DNA of 64,000 nt, from assembly GCA_040767805.1 (NCBI GenBank), contig JAXGNU010000006.1, forward strand, positions 1-64,000, written 5' to 3'. Every line of letters begins with the position of its first letter. Within the stretch, counting starts at the first letter, position 1. Source of the stretch: Thermovirgaceae bacterium (lineage in GTDB: Bacteria; Synergistota; Synergistia; Synergistales; Thermovirgaceae). Positions 55,482 to 64,000 of this stretch are shown piece by piece. Below the pieces are notes generated by a model. It was not told the origin of the DNA, ran no database searches, and saw nothing but the letters and a program-made list of their open reading frames with translations. Made by a program: the position numbers and the translations under genes.

Positions 55482-58400
55482 TGCACCCCTCCTGCCTGGT
55501 CATGGAGGCCCCGCAGACGGGGCACATGTCCGTATCGGAGAGGGACTCCATCATGCCCTTCTCCTCCATGTCCAGGTAGCCCATGCTGAGCAGCCCGTAG
55601 GCTATCGCGTCGGGCACGGACATGATGACGCCGTTGCCGTGCCACACCGGCTGGGAGCCCCCGATGCCCTTCATCTGCTTGATAATGGAGTGGAGCCTCA
55701 CGCCGCTCCTCAGCGAGAGGGAGATCAGCCTTCCGATGGCCTCGGTGAAGGCCATCGTCTCGTGGCCCGATTTGCCCATGGTGGTGAAGACCTCCACGGG
55801 CCGGCCGTTCACCTCGTTAACCGTCAGGTAGAGGTTGCCGTAACTGGTGGGTATCTTGGCGGTCTTCCCCCCCAGGATGAAGGGGCGCTCCATGGGGCTC
55901 TCCACCTCCGACACCTGCGGTATCGGCAGGGCCTGCTGGACGGCGGGCTTGTCCACGTAGAGGACCTGGCCCGAACGGCACCCGTCGCGGAAGACGGTGA
56001 TGCCCTTGCAGTGGGTCTTCCAGGCCAGGATGTAGGCCTTCTCCACGTCCTCCACGGTGGCGCTGTTGGGCATGTTGATGGTCTTGCTCACGGCGTTGTC
56101 CACGTTCTCCTGGAAGGCCGACTGCATCCTTACGTGCCACTCGGGGGCTATCTGGTGGGACGTCTTGAAGACCCTGGCGACCGTCACGGGCGATTCTCCC
56201 CCCTCCAGGGCCTCCACGTAGTAGCGGTTGCGGTAGGAGAACTGCTTGCCCTCCAGGACCTCCTTGGTGAACTCCAGGGCGAAGACGGGCTCTATCCCCG
56301 AGGAGCAGTCGGCGATCATGGAGAGGGAACCCGTGGGCGCTATGGTGGTTATGGTGGAGTTCCGAAGCCCCGAATCGGGCAGGGCGGGGCACGCCCCCCT
56401 CGACAGGGCCAGGGCGGCGCTCTCCTGCCGGCCTGCGGCGTTTATGGCCCCCATGATGCTCCTGCCCAGGTCCAGGGCCTCCTCCGAGTCGTAGGGTATC
56501 CTCAACTGGAAGAGCATGTCCGCCCAGCCCATCACCCCAAGGCCTATCTTGCGGGTCAACTTGACCATCTCCTCGATCCGGGGGAGAGGGTAGCGGTTCA
56601 CGTCGATCACGTCGTCGAGGAAGCGCACGGCCAGCCTGGTGGTCAGCCGGATCTTCTCCCAGTCCACCTTGCCGCCTTCCACCATGTGGCCCAGGTTTAT
56701 GCTCCCCAGGTTGCACGCCTCGTAGGGGAGGAGAGGCTGCTCGCCGCAGTTGTGGACCACCAGCCCGTTGGCATCAAAGGAGTTTTTGCCCGGGACCGTG
56801 ACGTCGAACACCTCCTCGATGCCGTCGGGGACCAGCCGATCGACGGTCGCGGCGAAAGGTTCCTTCTCCATCCTCTGCCCGTAACGGCCGAGGCCGTCCA
56901 TGAGTTTCCCCTGTTTGACGGGGTCCTGGAAACCCACCCTTTCAGAAAAAAGCCCGGTATTTTCCCCGGAGATCACCAGTTCGTGCCGCAGGGACGCCCG
57001 GTGGGCCTTCATGCCCCCCTCGCCGGCCCGCTCCTGGTTTTCATGGATCCTGCCTATGATCCCCAGCCTCAAGAGCATCCTCTGGACGGCCTTGAGGGCC
57101 GGCAATGAACCTTGGCCCAGCCGGACGATTACGCCCTTTCCCTGTTCGACCCGGATCGAACCGTCGGCGTCGAAGAACCCGCCGAGGAACCCCCTTACAA
57201 AAGCCGAAGAGGTTTCGGTCTCCATTTTTCGCGTAACGCCCTTGTCCCCGGGCGACATTCCAAGGGATAGGGCCAGGAACCCCGATGATTGAACGGCCAT
57301 GGGGCCTTGCCCCATATTCTCCTCTCCGGCGGCCTTCGCATAGGGAGCCCAAGGGGAAAGGACGGCCTCGTCCTCACCGGCCGTTCCCTCGCAGGCCAGG
57401 AGCCCGATGGCATAGCCCTGTTCCAGGGTTCCAAGGCCCTCCCAATCCGTCCACGAACGGTGGTCGTTCAGCTTTATCCTGTCGCCGTATCTGAGTTTCC
57501 CGGCGGGGACCCATTCGGTTCCCTCCCCATCGGGGGTTTTCCCTTGCACCCTTAACACCGGGTGGTCTTCGGTGAGCTTGAGGCTGAAACCCTCCCTGGT
57601 CTCGAGGCGGAAGACCGGTTTTTCCCCGGTCTTGAAAAACCCTTCTTCGGAAGAAGAAACTCTCTTTCCGTTGAGCAAAAGGTCGATCTTCCTGCCGCAA
57701 AGGTCCCCGGCTGGTTTGGGCCCCTCCACGGTATGGACCAGGGTGTCACCGGTGACGCAGGGGTTGGTAGAAGTGATGGGGCCCAGGTGGGACAGGGGGT
57801 TGTCCTTGTTCAACTTGTCCAGGAAGACCATGCCGGGGTCCCCGGTCTTCCAGGCCATCTCGCATATCAGCGCCATCAGCTCCCTGGCCTTGACGGTGCG
57901 GACGACCTCCCGGGTCCTGGGGTTCTTGAGGTCCCAGTAGCCGTCGTTCTCGACGGCCCTCATGAAGTCATCGGTGGCGCCCACGGATATGTTGAAGTTG
58001 GCGAGCTTGCCCTCCTCTGTCTTGGCCCGGATGAAGTCGAAGACGTCAGGGTGGTCGGCGTTCAGGATGCCCATGTTGGCGCCCCTTCTCATCCCACCCT
58101 GCATGACCACCTCCGTGGCGTGGTCGAACATTCCCATGAAGGAGACGGGGCCCGACGCCACGCCGTTCGTGCTGGAGACCTTGTCCCCCCTGGGCCTCAG
58201 CTCGCTGAAGTTGTACCCCGTGCCGCCGCCGGACTTGTGGATCAGGGCCATGTGCTTCAAGGAGTCGAAGATGCCCTCCATGCTGTCCTCGACGGGGAGC
58301 ACGAAGCAGGCCGCCAGCTGCCCTCCCAGGCGCCCGGCGTTCATGAGGGTGGGACTGTTGGGCAGGAAGTCCAGGCGGGCCATGATGTCGTGGAACATCT

Positions 58401-58596
58401 TGACGATGGTCTCGTCGGAGGGATCCTCCTCGGAGGCGGCGACGGAGCGGGCCACCCTCCAGAACAGCTCGTCGGGCGTCTCGATGACCTTGCCGTCCTC
58501 GTCCTTGAGCAGGTACCTCTCCTCGAGGACCCTCAAGGCGTTGTCCGACAAGGACTGGTCCCTATTCACCGGGTTTCCGGATCCGTCCATGGCCAT
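55447..58596 (-). CDS. nrdJ: Class II (B12-dependent) ribonucleotide reductase containing an intein
   Basis: 'PNSPTLMNAG', 'AACFV', TNP|CGEQ..EACNLGS, 'IAPTGS', 'KGITVFRDG'; TSCPD domain and C-terminal CxxC..CxxC. Confidence 0.94.
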   Translation of the reverse strand: MAMDGSGNPVNRDQSLSDNALRVLEERYLLKDEDGKVIETPDELFWRVARSVAASEEDPSDETIVKMFHDIMARLDFLPNSPTLMNAGRLGGQLAACFVLPVEDSMEGIFDSLKHMALIHKSGGGTGYNFSELRPRGDKVSSTNGVASGPVSFMGMFDHATEVVMQGGMRRGANMGILNADHPDVFDFIRAKTEEGKLANFNISVGATDDFMRAVENDGYWDLKNPRTREVVRTVKARELMALICEMAWKTGDPGMVFLDKLNKDNPLSHLGPITSTNPCVTGDTLVHTVEGPKPAGDLCGRKIDLLLNGKRVSSSEEGFFKTGEKPVFRLETREGFSLKLTEDHPVLRVQGKTPDGEGTEWVPAGKLRYGDRIKLNDHRSWTDWEGLGTLEQGYAIGLLACEGTAGEDEAVLSPWAPYAKAAGEENMGQGPMAVQSSGFLALSLGMSPGDKGVTRKMETETSSAFVRGFLGGFFDADGSIRVEQGKGVIVRLGQGSLPALKAVQRMLLRLGIIGRIHENQERAGEGGMKAHRASLRHELVISGENTGLFSERVGFQDPVKQGKLMDGLGRYGQRMEKEPFAATVDRLVPDGIEEVFDVTVPGKNSFDANGLVVHNCGEQPLLPYEACNLGSINLGHMVEGGKVDWEKIRLTTRLAVRFLDDVIDVNRYPLPRIEEMVKLTRKIGLGVMGWADMLFQLRIPYDSEEALDLGRSIMGAINAAGRQESAALALSRGACPALPDSGLRNSTITTIAPTGSLSMIADCSSGIEPVFALEFTKEVLEGKQFSYRNRYYVEALEGGESPVTVARVFKTSHQIAPEWHVRMQSAFQENVDNAVSKTINMPNSATVEDVEKAYILAWKTHCKGITVFRDGCRSGQVLYVDKPAVQQALPIPQVSEVESPMERPFILGGKTAKIPTSYGNLYLTVNEVNGRPVEVFTTMGKSGHETMAFTEAIGRLISLSLRSGVRLHSIIKQMKGIGGSQPVWHGNGVIMSVPDAIAYGLLSMGYLDMEEKGMMESLSDTDMCPVCGASMTRQEGCIKCPACGFSRC
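56749..57759 (-). mobile_element. Intein (337 aa) with LAGLIDADG endonuclease remnant
   Basis: Begins CVTGDT, block B 'LTEDHP', 'FLGGFFDADG', block F 'VFDVTV', ends 'VHN' before C+1; codon usage less GC-skewed than host gene. Confidence 0.95.
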
Positions 58597-58624
58597 GATC
58601 TCCCTTTCTCCTTCGCCCCCAGGG

Positions 58625-58671
58625 GCACTTGATGTGTGGTCGTTCCCGGCTGTACCCTCAACATCTAGCGT
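58625..58671. promoter_or_regulatory. Putative tandem NrdR boxes
   Basis: CCTCAACATCTAGCGT (58656-58671) fits acaCwAtATaTwGtgt; weaker box 31 bp away (58625-58640), upstream of nrdJ. Confidence 0.5.
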
Positions 58672-58733
58672 ATCACGAACATTGGGGCCTTATAATAACC
58701 CCCCGGGTCGCGATTGGGTACAGGCCTTTCGTC

Positions 58734-59651
58734 TCATAGTACTCTCAGGGAAAGGGACTTTGATAGCTCCTCGAGGACCCTGATCCCCCCTATGGAGTTG
58801 CCCCTCTCGTCGAGGGCCGGGCCCGCTACGGCCACGCCGGCCCTCCCCGCCACGGAACCCATTATCCCGCCGCCCACACCGCTCTTGGCGGGGAACCCCA
58901 CCCTAACGGCGAAGTCACCGGACCCGTCGTAGAGGCCGCAGGTCATCATGAGGGCCCTCAGGACAAGGGAGGTCCTCCTGGTGAAGACCCGCTCCCGCGT
59001 CATGGGGTTCACGCCGCCGCCGGCCAGGGTGGCCCCCATGACGGCCAGGTCCTCCACGGAGCATTCGATGGCGCACTGCCTGAAGTAGGAGTCGAGTATG
59101 TCATCCACATTCCCCTCCATGGCCTCCACGCTCCGCAGGAAGTACCCCAGGGACCGGTTCCGGTCGCTGGTCTCCTTCTCCGAAGCCGCCACCGCCTGGT
59201 TCACCCCGAGCCGTTCGTTGCCCGACATCCGGCGCGTCGTCTCCAGCACCGCCGCCAGGCGCTCGGAACTGCCGCTGAAAGGGAGCAGCGAGAGGACGAG
59301 GATGGCCCCCGAGTTGATCAGGGGGTTCTGGGGCCGGTGGGGGGCCCTCATCTCGAGCCTCATGATGGAATTGAAGGGATCGGCGCTGGGCTCCACTCCG
59401 ATCCGGGTGAAGACGGCCTCCTCGCCGCAGAGCTCCAGGGCCAGCCCCAGGGATGCCACCTTGGAGATGGACTGCATGGTGATCATCGTGCCGGTATCCC
59501 CGGCCGAACAGACCCGGCCGTCCAGCCCGCAGTAGGCCGCCGCCAGGGCCATGGGGTCCGACTTGGCCAGTTCGGGTATGTAGGTCGCCACCGCCCCTTG
59601 CTCCAGGACGCCCCTGCCGATGCTGACGGCCTCATCCAGGACGATCTCCAT
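58734..59651 (-). CDS. glsA: Glutaminase A
   Basis: 'YIPELA', 'MQSISK', 'EPSADPFN', 'CGLYDGSG', 'AKSGVGGG'. Confidence 0.95.
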   Translation of the reverse strand: MEIVLDEAVSIGRGVLEQGAVATYIPELAKSDPMALAAAYCGLDGRVCSAGDTGTMITMQSISKVASLGLALELCGEEAVFTRIGVEPSADPFNSIMRLEMRAPHRPQNPLINSGAILVLSLLPFSGSSERLAAVLETTRRMSGNERLGVNQAVAASEKETSDRNRSLGYFLRSVEAMEGNVDDILDSYFRQCAIECSVEDLAVMGATLAGGGVNPMTRERVFTRRTSLVLRALMMTCGLYDGSGDFAVRVGFPAKSGVGGGIMGSVAGRAGVAVAGPALDERGNSIGGIRVLEELSKSLSLRVL

Positions 59652-59811
59652 TCTTTACCCTCCTTTCGCCCTTCCTTCAGATACTATAAAGACACCCTCG
59701 CTGTTATTATAAAGGCGATCGCCCTTTTAAAACCCCCCTTCGGGTGAAAAGAAGACCGGGGGAGGCCCGCCCCCGGCGGGGGGACCATCCTGGCGACCAG
59801 GGAGAAGGCTC

Positions 59812-60555
59812 TTGAGCAGATACCGATCGGTCTTCCTTTCTGACCTGCACCTGGGGACGAAGTGGAGCCGCCCCGAACCGCTCGGGCGGTTCCTCGGCAA
59901 GGTGCGGTGCGATTTCCTCTACCTGGTGGGGGACATCATCGACGGGTGGAAGGTATCGCGCCTCCGCCACCTGAGCGACGCCCACAGGGACATCCTGAGG
60001 AGGCTCGGCGCCCTGGCCCGCGAGTCGGAGGTGACCTTCATCACCGGGAACCACGACGAGTTCCTGGATCGCCTCCTGGGCCTGAGGAAGGCCAGGATGC
60101 TCTTCCGCGACAGGGCCTTTCACAGGACCGCCGACGGGAGGTGCTTCCTGGTCTCCCACGGCGACGAGTTCGACCGGGTGATCCGCGGCTTCAGGTTCCT
60201 GAACACCCTGGCGGGAAGGGCCTACGAACTGACACTCCAGCTGAATGCGGCGCTGCCCCTGGCCGGCAGGCACCGGCGCTCCATCGCGGGGCTGCTAAAG
60301 AGGAAGTTCAAAAACCTCGCCTGCGCCCTCAGCGGCTTCGAAGGGAGGGTCGTGGCCGAGGCGAAGGGGGCGGGGCTCGACGGCGTCATCTGCGGCCACC
60401 TCCACAACCCCTCCATCAGGAAGGTGAGGGACGTGCTCCTCTGCAACTGCGGCGACTGGGTCGAACACTGCTCCGCCCTGGTGGAACACCCCGACGGCCG
60501 CCTCGAGGTGCTGAGCCTCGACGATACGGGCGGCCTCAATCCAGGAAGGCCCTGA
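59812..60555 (+). CDS. LpxH-like metallophosphoesterase
   Basis: 'SDLHLG', 'GDIIDGW', 'GNHD', 'HGD', 'CGHLH', 'NCGDWVE'. Confidence 0.82.
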   Translation: MSRYRSVFLSDLHLGTKWSRPEPLGRFLGKVRCDFLYLVGDIIDGWKVSRLRHLSDAHRDILRRLGALARESEVTFITGNHDEFLDRLLGLRKARMLFRDRAFHRTADGRCFLVSHGDEFDRVIRGFRFLNTLAGRAYELTLQLNAALPLAGRHRRSIAGLLKRKFKNLACALSGFEGRVVAEAKGAGLDGVICGHLHNPSIRKVRDVLLCNCGDWVEHCSALVEHPDGRLEVLSLDDTGGLNPGRP

Positions 60556-61750
60556 AGAGGGACCCCAGGTCGACGCCCCCGATGACCGTATCCTTGTAGA
60601 CCTCGTATATCTCCCTTCGAGCCTTCTCCAGGGCGGGAGGGCGGACGCCGTTGCGGATGGAAAGGGCCGCCTCGACCATGGCGGCCAGCTTGTCGCAGGC
60701 CTCTACGAGGGAACCGTCGAAGGGGTCCCACTCGTCGGCGTTGTAGAGGGAATCCATCTCCGACGACCCGAGACCGGTACGGACCCTGCCGCCCGAAGGG
60801 TCCCTGACCTTGTTCGAGAACTCGTCCTCCGTCAGGTAGCGCACCTGTCGCCTCCAACCCTCCGGCAGGAGGGGGAGGAGCCCGGTCTCCATGGACTCCT
60901 TCTCGTACTCCTTCACCAGTTCCTCGATCCCCTCGACGGAGCGCTTGACCGGGGAGACGATGTCCCGGGTGAGGACTTCGGGCAAGTCATGGAAGAGCCC
61001 GCCGTAGAAGGCGTTGCGGAGCCTCATGGGCGAGGAGCCCCTCTCCAGGGCGGCGAAGTAGGAGAGGGAGGCCACCACGAACAGGTGTTCCAGCACAGTC
61101 GTGGCGGGCACCCTGGGGAGCTGCGCCCACCGGACCTGGAACCGGAGCTGCCCGCAGAGGTCGATGAAGGCGAAAAGGCCTTTTTCCGCCATCCCCCGCC
61201 GCGCCAGGATCTCCCTGACCCCCGCCAGGTCGATGTGCTCCCCCACCCGGCTCTCGATCTCCCTCCGGGTCTCCTCGATTCCCCAGAGGTCGCGATTGAA
61301 ACGGTAGATCATCCGGAACTCCCAGTCCGTGGCCAGGAAGTGGGCGGCCCGGAGGATGACCTTTTCTCTCACCGAGTAGAGGGGATCCTCGAGGTACTCC
61401 CTGAAGCGGTCCCAGAAGCCGCCCGCCAGGGGTTCGAAGGCGCCGGCCAGTTTTTCCAGGACGAGCCTGTTGAGCCTCGGCCCGTGCCTTTCCATCATCC
61501 TGTGGAAGACGGGGGGCTTTATGTCGGTCAGCACCACCCTCTGGAGGAACTCGAAAAGCCCGCCGTCAACCAGGCGGAGCCAGTCGGGGCCGTCCCCCCG
61601 GTCCTCCTCGCAGCGGGCGATGACCCAGGCGATGATCATCTTGTGGGCCTGCTTGGCCAACTCGGTGAACTGCCCGGGCCTGGCGTGGTCATTCCACCTC
61701 GTCATCGAGGCCGCCGAAAAAAGGGTCTCCACCACGGCGGGCGTTATCAT
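60536..61750 (-). CDS. Tandem HD-domain (YfbR-like) protein
   Basis: 'MTRWND', 'TDIKPPVFH', 'VLEH', 'LFHDLPEVLTRDI', 'CDKL'. Confidence 0.8.
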   Translation of the reverse strand: MITPAVVETLFSAASMTRWNDHARPGQFTELAKQAHKMIIAWVIARCEEDRGDGPDWLRLVDGGLFEFLQRVVLTDIKPPVFHRMMERHGPRLNRLVLEKLAGAFEPLAGGFWDRFREYLEDPLYSVREKVILRAAHFLATDWEFRMIYRFNRDLWGIEETRREIESRVGEHIDLAGVREILARRGMAEKGLFAFIDLCGQLRFQVRWAQLPRVPATTVLEHLFVVASLSYFAALERGSSPMRLRNAFYGGLFHDLPEVLTRDIVSPVKRSVEGIEELVKEYEKESMETGLLPLLPEGWRRQVRYLTEDEFSNKVRDPSGGRVRTGLGSSEMDSLYNADEWDPFDGSLVEACDKLAAMVEAALSIRNGVRPPALEKARREIYEVYKDTVIGGVDLGSLFRAFLD

Positions 61751-61965
61751 GGCCGGATCCTCCCTTGGGGGCGCCGCTCGCCCCGTCAACTGGTTCCCTA
61801 ACATTATCATCCTGGGGGATGAGGAGGCAATGAAAAGGTCCGACGCCCCGAGGCTGCGAAAAAAGCGGGGTGTGCCCCTCGAGGGGGGATTACAAAGTCG
61901 CCCCCGGTAACGCCGGGGCCGGGATCCGCACCTATCGCCGAGCAAGGACCCCTGGGAAGCGGCAC

Positions 61966-62673
61966 CTAGCCCCCTAGGTAGGCTCTCCGGATCTCCGGGT
62001 CCCGGGCAAGGTCCGGGCCGGGCCCGCTCTTGACGAAAACCCCCGCCTCCAGGATGTACCCCCTGTCGCTTATCTCGAGAGCCTGGGTCGCGTTCTGTTC
62101 CACCATCAGCACCGTCACCCCCTCGTCCCTGATGCGGGCGATGGTCTCCATGACGGCCTCCACCAGGAGGGGCGCCAAACCCAGGGTGGGCTCGTCCAGC
62201 AGCAGTATTTCGGGCCCGCTCATGAGGGCGCGGGAGATGGCCAGCATCTGCTGCTCACCCCCGGAGAGGGTGCCCGAGCGCTGGGAGAGCCTCTCCCGCA
62301 GGATGGGGAAGAGTTCAAAGCACCTTTCCATCTCCGCCTCGATCTCATCGCCGCCGGCCCTCCGGTAAGCGCCCATGAGGAGGTTCTCCCGGACGGTGAG
62401 GGCCGAGAAGAGCCGCCTCCTCTCCGGGACCAGGGCGAGGCCCAGGGCCACCACCTCGTGGGGCTTCCTCGGCATGGGGCTCCCCTTGATGGCGACCCGG
62501 CCGCCGGAGGGGGGGACGACCCCCGCCAGGGTCCACATGATAGTGGACTTGCCGGCCCCGTTGGAGCCCACGATGGACACGATCTCCCCCTCCTCCACCG
62601 GGAAGGAGACCCCCTGGACGGCGTGGATCGTCCCGTAGTGGACGTGGAGGTCCTCGACGAGCAGCGCCTTCAT
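61966..62673 (-). CDS. livF: Branched-chain amino acid ABC ATPase
   Basis: GSNGAGKST, 'TLSGGEQQMLAI', 'VEQN'. Confidence 0.92.
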   Translation of the reverse strand: MKALLVEDLHVHYGTIHAVQGVSFPVEEGEIVSIVGSNGAGKSTIMWTLAGVVPPSGGRVAIKGSPMPRKPHEVVALGLALVPERRRLFSALTVRENLLMGAYRRAGGDEIEAEMERCFELFPILRERLSQRSGTLSGGEQQMLAISRALMSGPEILLLDEPTLGLAPLLVEAVMETIARIRDEGVTVLMVEQNATQALEISDRGYILEAGVFVKSGPGPDLARDPEIRRAYLGG

Positions 62674-63458
62674 CGCCGGCCCCTCCCCTTCCCGAGGTAG
62701 GCCGCCACCACGGCGGGGTCGGCCCTCACCTCATCGGGCGTCCCCCTGGCGAGAAGGGCGCCGAAGTTCATGACTACGATGGGGGAGCAGATGTTCATCA
62801 CCAGGTCCATGTGGTGCTCGATGAGGAGGATCGTCACCTGGAACCGCTCCCGGACCTCGGCGATGAGGTCGGCCAGGCCCCGGGTCTCCTCGGGGTTCAT
62901 CCCCGCCGCCGGCTCGTCCAGGAGGAGGAGGGAGGGCTCCGTCGCCAGGGCCCTGGCGATCTCCAGCTTCCTCTGGAACCCGTAGGGGAGGTTGTCGGCC
63001 TGGGTCGAGGCGAACCTCTCAAGCCCCAGCACCTCGAGGAGCCCCAGGGCCCTTTCGCGGAGTTCCCTCTCCAGGCGCCGCGTCGACGGCGTCCCCAGGA
63101 GGGAGCCCAGGAAGCTGCACCGCTCCCTCTGGAAGAGGGGCGTCAGGACGTTGTCCAGGCAGCTCCTCCTGTTGAAGAGGCGGATATTCTGGAAGGTCCT
63201 GGCTATCCCCCTTCGGACCACCCTGTCGGGCCTCAGCCCCGTGATGCTCTCGCCCCTGAAGAGCACCGAGCCAGCCGTGGGCCGGTAGAGGCCGGTGACG
63301 ATGTTGAACACCGTGGTCTTGCCTGCCCCGTTGGGCCCGATGATGCCGGTGATGCTCCCCTCGGCGACGTCGAAGGAGAGGGAATCCACGGCCCTTATGC
63401 CGTCGAAGTGCTTCGTGAGGCCCCGGACCGAGAAGAGGGGCGCCGCGGGGGCGTTCAC
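62670..63458 (-). CDS. livG: Branched-chain amino acid ABC ATPase
   Basis: GPNGAGKTT, 'RTFQNIRLF', 'LDEPAAGMN'; GTG start. Confidence 0.92.
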   Translation of the reverse strand: MNAPAAPLFSVRGLTKHFDGIRAVDSLSFDVAEGSITGIIGPNGAGKTTVFNIVTGLYRPTAGSVLFRGESITGLRPDRVVRRGIARTFQNIRLFNRRSCLDNVLTPLFQRERCSFLGSLLGTPSTRRLERELRERALGLLEVLGLERFASTQADNLPYGFQRKLEIARALATEPSLLLLDEPAAGMNPEETRGLADLIAEVRERFQVTILLIEHHMDLVMNICSPIVVMNFGALLARGTPDEVRADPAVVAAYLGKGRGRR

Positions 63459-64000
63459 GGCCGCCTCCCCGCCGCCGGGCCCGTCTCCTTGCCCCAGAGC
63501 GACGATAATTCCCGGTAGCCCATGAGGCCCTGGGGCCGGTAGACCATGATCACCACCAGGAGCAGCCCGTAGGCCACGAGGCGCCACATCTGGGCCACCC
63601 TGAGGGCCTCGGGGAGGGCGATGAAGACGAAGGAGGCTATCAGCGGTCCGGTGATGCTCCCCATCCCGCCGGCGATCACCGCCGCCAGCAGCTGGGTGGA
63701 CTGGGTGAGGGTGAACATCACCGGCTGGATGAAGGAGAGGAAGTGGGCCAGGAGTCCGCCGGAGAGGCCGCAGTAGACCGCGCTGACCACCAGGGAGAGC
63801 AGGCGGGTCCGGAAGAGCCGCACTCCGGACAACTCGGCCGCCACGGGGTCCTCCCGGACCGCCACGCAGGCCACGCCCCACCGGGAGCGCAGGAAGTTCC
63901 GCGCTACGACCACGCCGCCGGCCAGGCAGAGGAGCACCACCGGGAGGGTGGTGTAATTGTCGATACCCGGGAGCCCCCGGGCGCCGTTGGTGATTTCCAG
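63455..64000 (-). CDS. livM: Branched-chain amino acid ABC permease (5' truncated by window edge)
   Basis: 'AVRED..AA', 'GGMGSITG', 'RPQGLMG'. Confidence 0.88.
   Translation of the reverse strand: MEITNGARGLPGIDNYTTLPVVLLCLAGGVVVARNFLRSRWGVACVAVREDPVAAELSGVRLFRTRLLSLVVSAVYCGLSGGLLAHFLSFIQPVMFTLTQSTQLLAAVIAGGMGSITGPLIASFVFIALPEALRVAQMWRLVAYGLLLVVIMVYRPQGLMGYRELSSLWGKETGPAAGRRP

Noticed and set aside
61830..61910. 26-aa basic sORF after GAGGAGG
   Set aside because: RBS-to-ATG spacing is only ~2 nt and there is no other support
1..64000. Many long antisense or alternate-frame ORFs (e.g. 9584-11398, 26261-27838, 29834-31375, 32404-34254)
   Set aside because: Shadow ORFs expected at high GC3; they overlap well-supported genes and lack motifs

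Overview
A GC-rich (roughly 65% by eye), gene-dense chromosomal segment from an anaerobic, probably diderm, amino-acid-fermenting bacterium. Gene content suggests Synergistota; this is inference. About 55 CDSs are present: LemA/DUF2207, an orange-protein-like NifX/Fe-S ATPase/Mrp cluster with Fur-like boxes, feoAB, a cobalamin/siderophore-type ABC pair, RNase HI-SWIM, aldehyde:ferredoxin oxidoreductase with homoserine dehydrogenase, and a betaine/proline ABC system. The window also holds a 10-gene GntR-HD-(LeuCD)x2-dehydrogenase-CitDEF operon, a dispersed arn (L-Ara4N) lipid A modification set, proline racemase, a HerA-like ATPase, cold-shock protein, HU, an intein-containing class II RNR, glutaminase and livFGM. 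An intact IS5 sits inside the terminal repeat of a frameshifted DDE IS. No rRNA, tRNA or CRISPR array was seen. The most unusual unexplained signals are two. First, a family of intergenic, strand-asymmetric mosaic cassettes built from TCGTGAA heptamer arrays, shared purine-rich modules and a conserved ~46-bp terminal repeat. Second, the double-aconitase/dehydrogenase/citrate-lyase operon, whose substrate is unknown. All calls are from reading motifs by eye; no searches were run.
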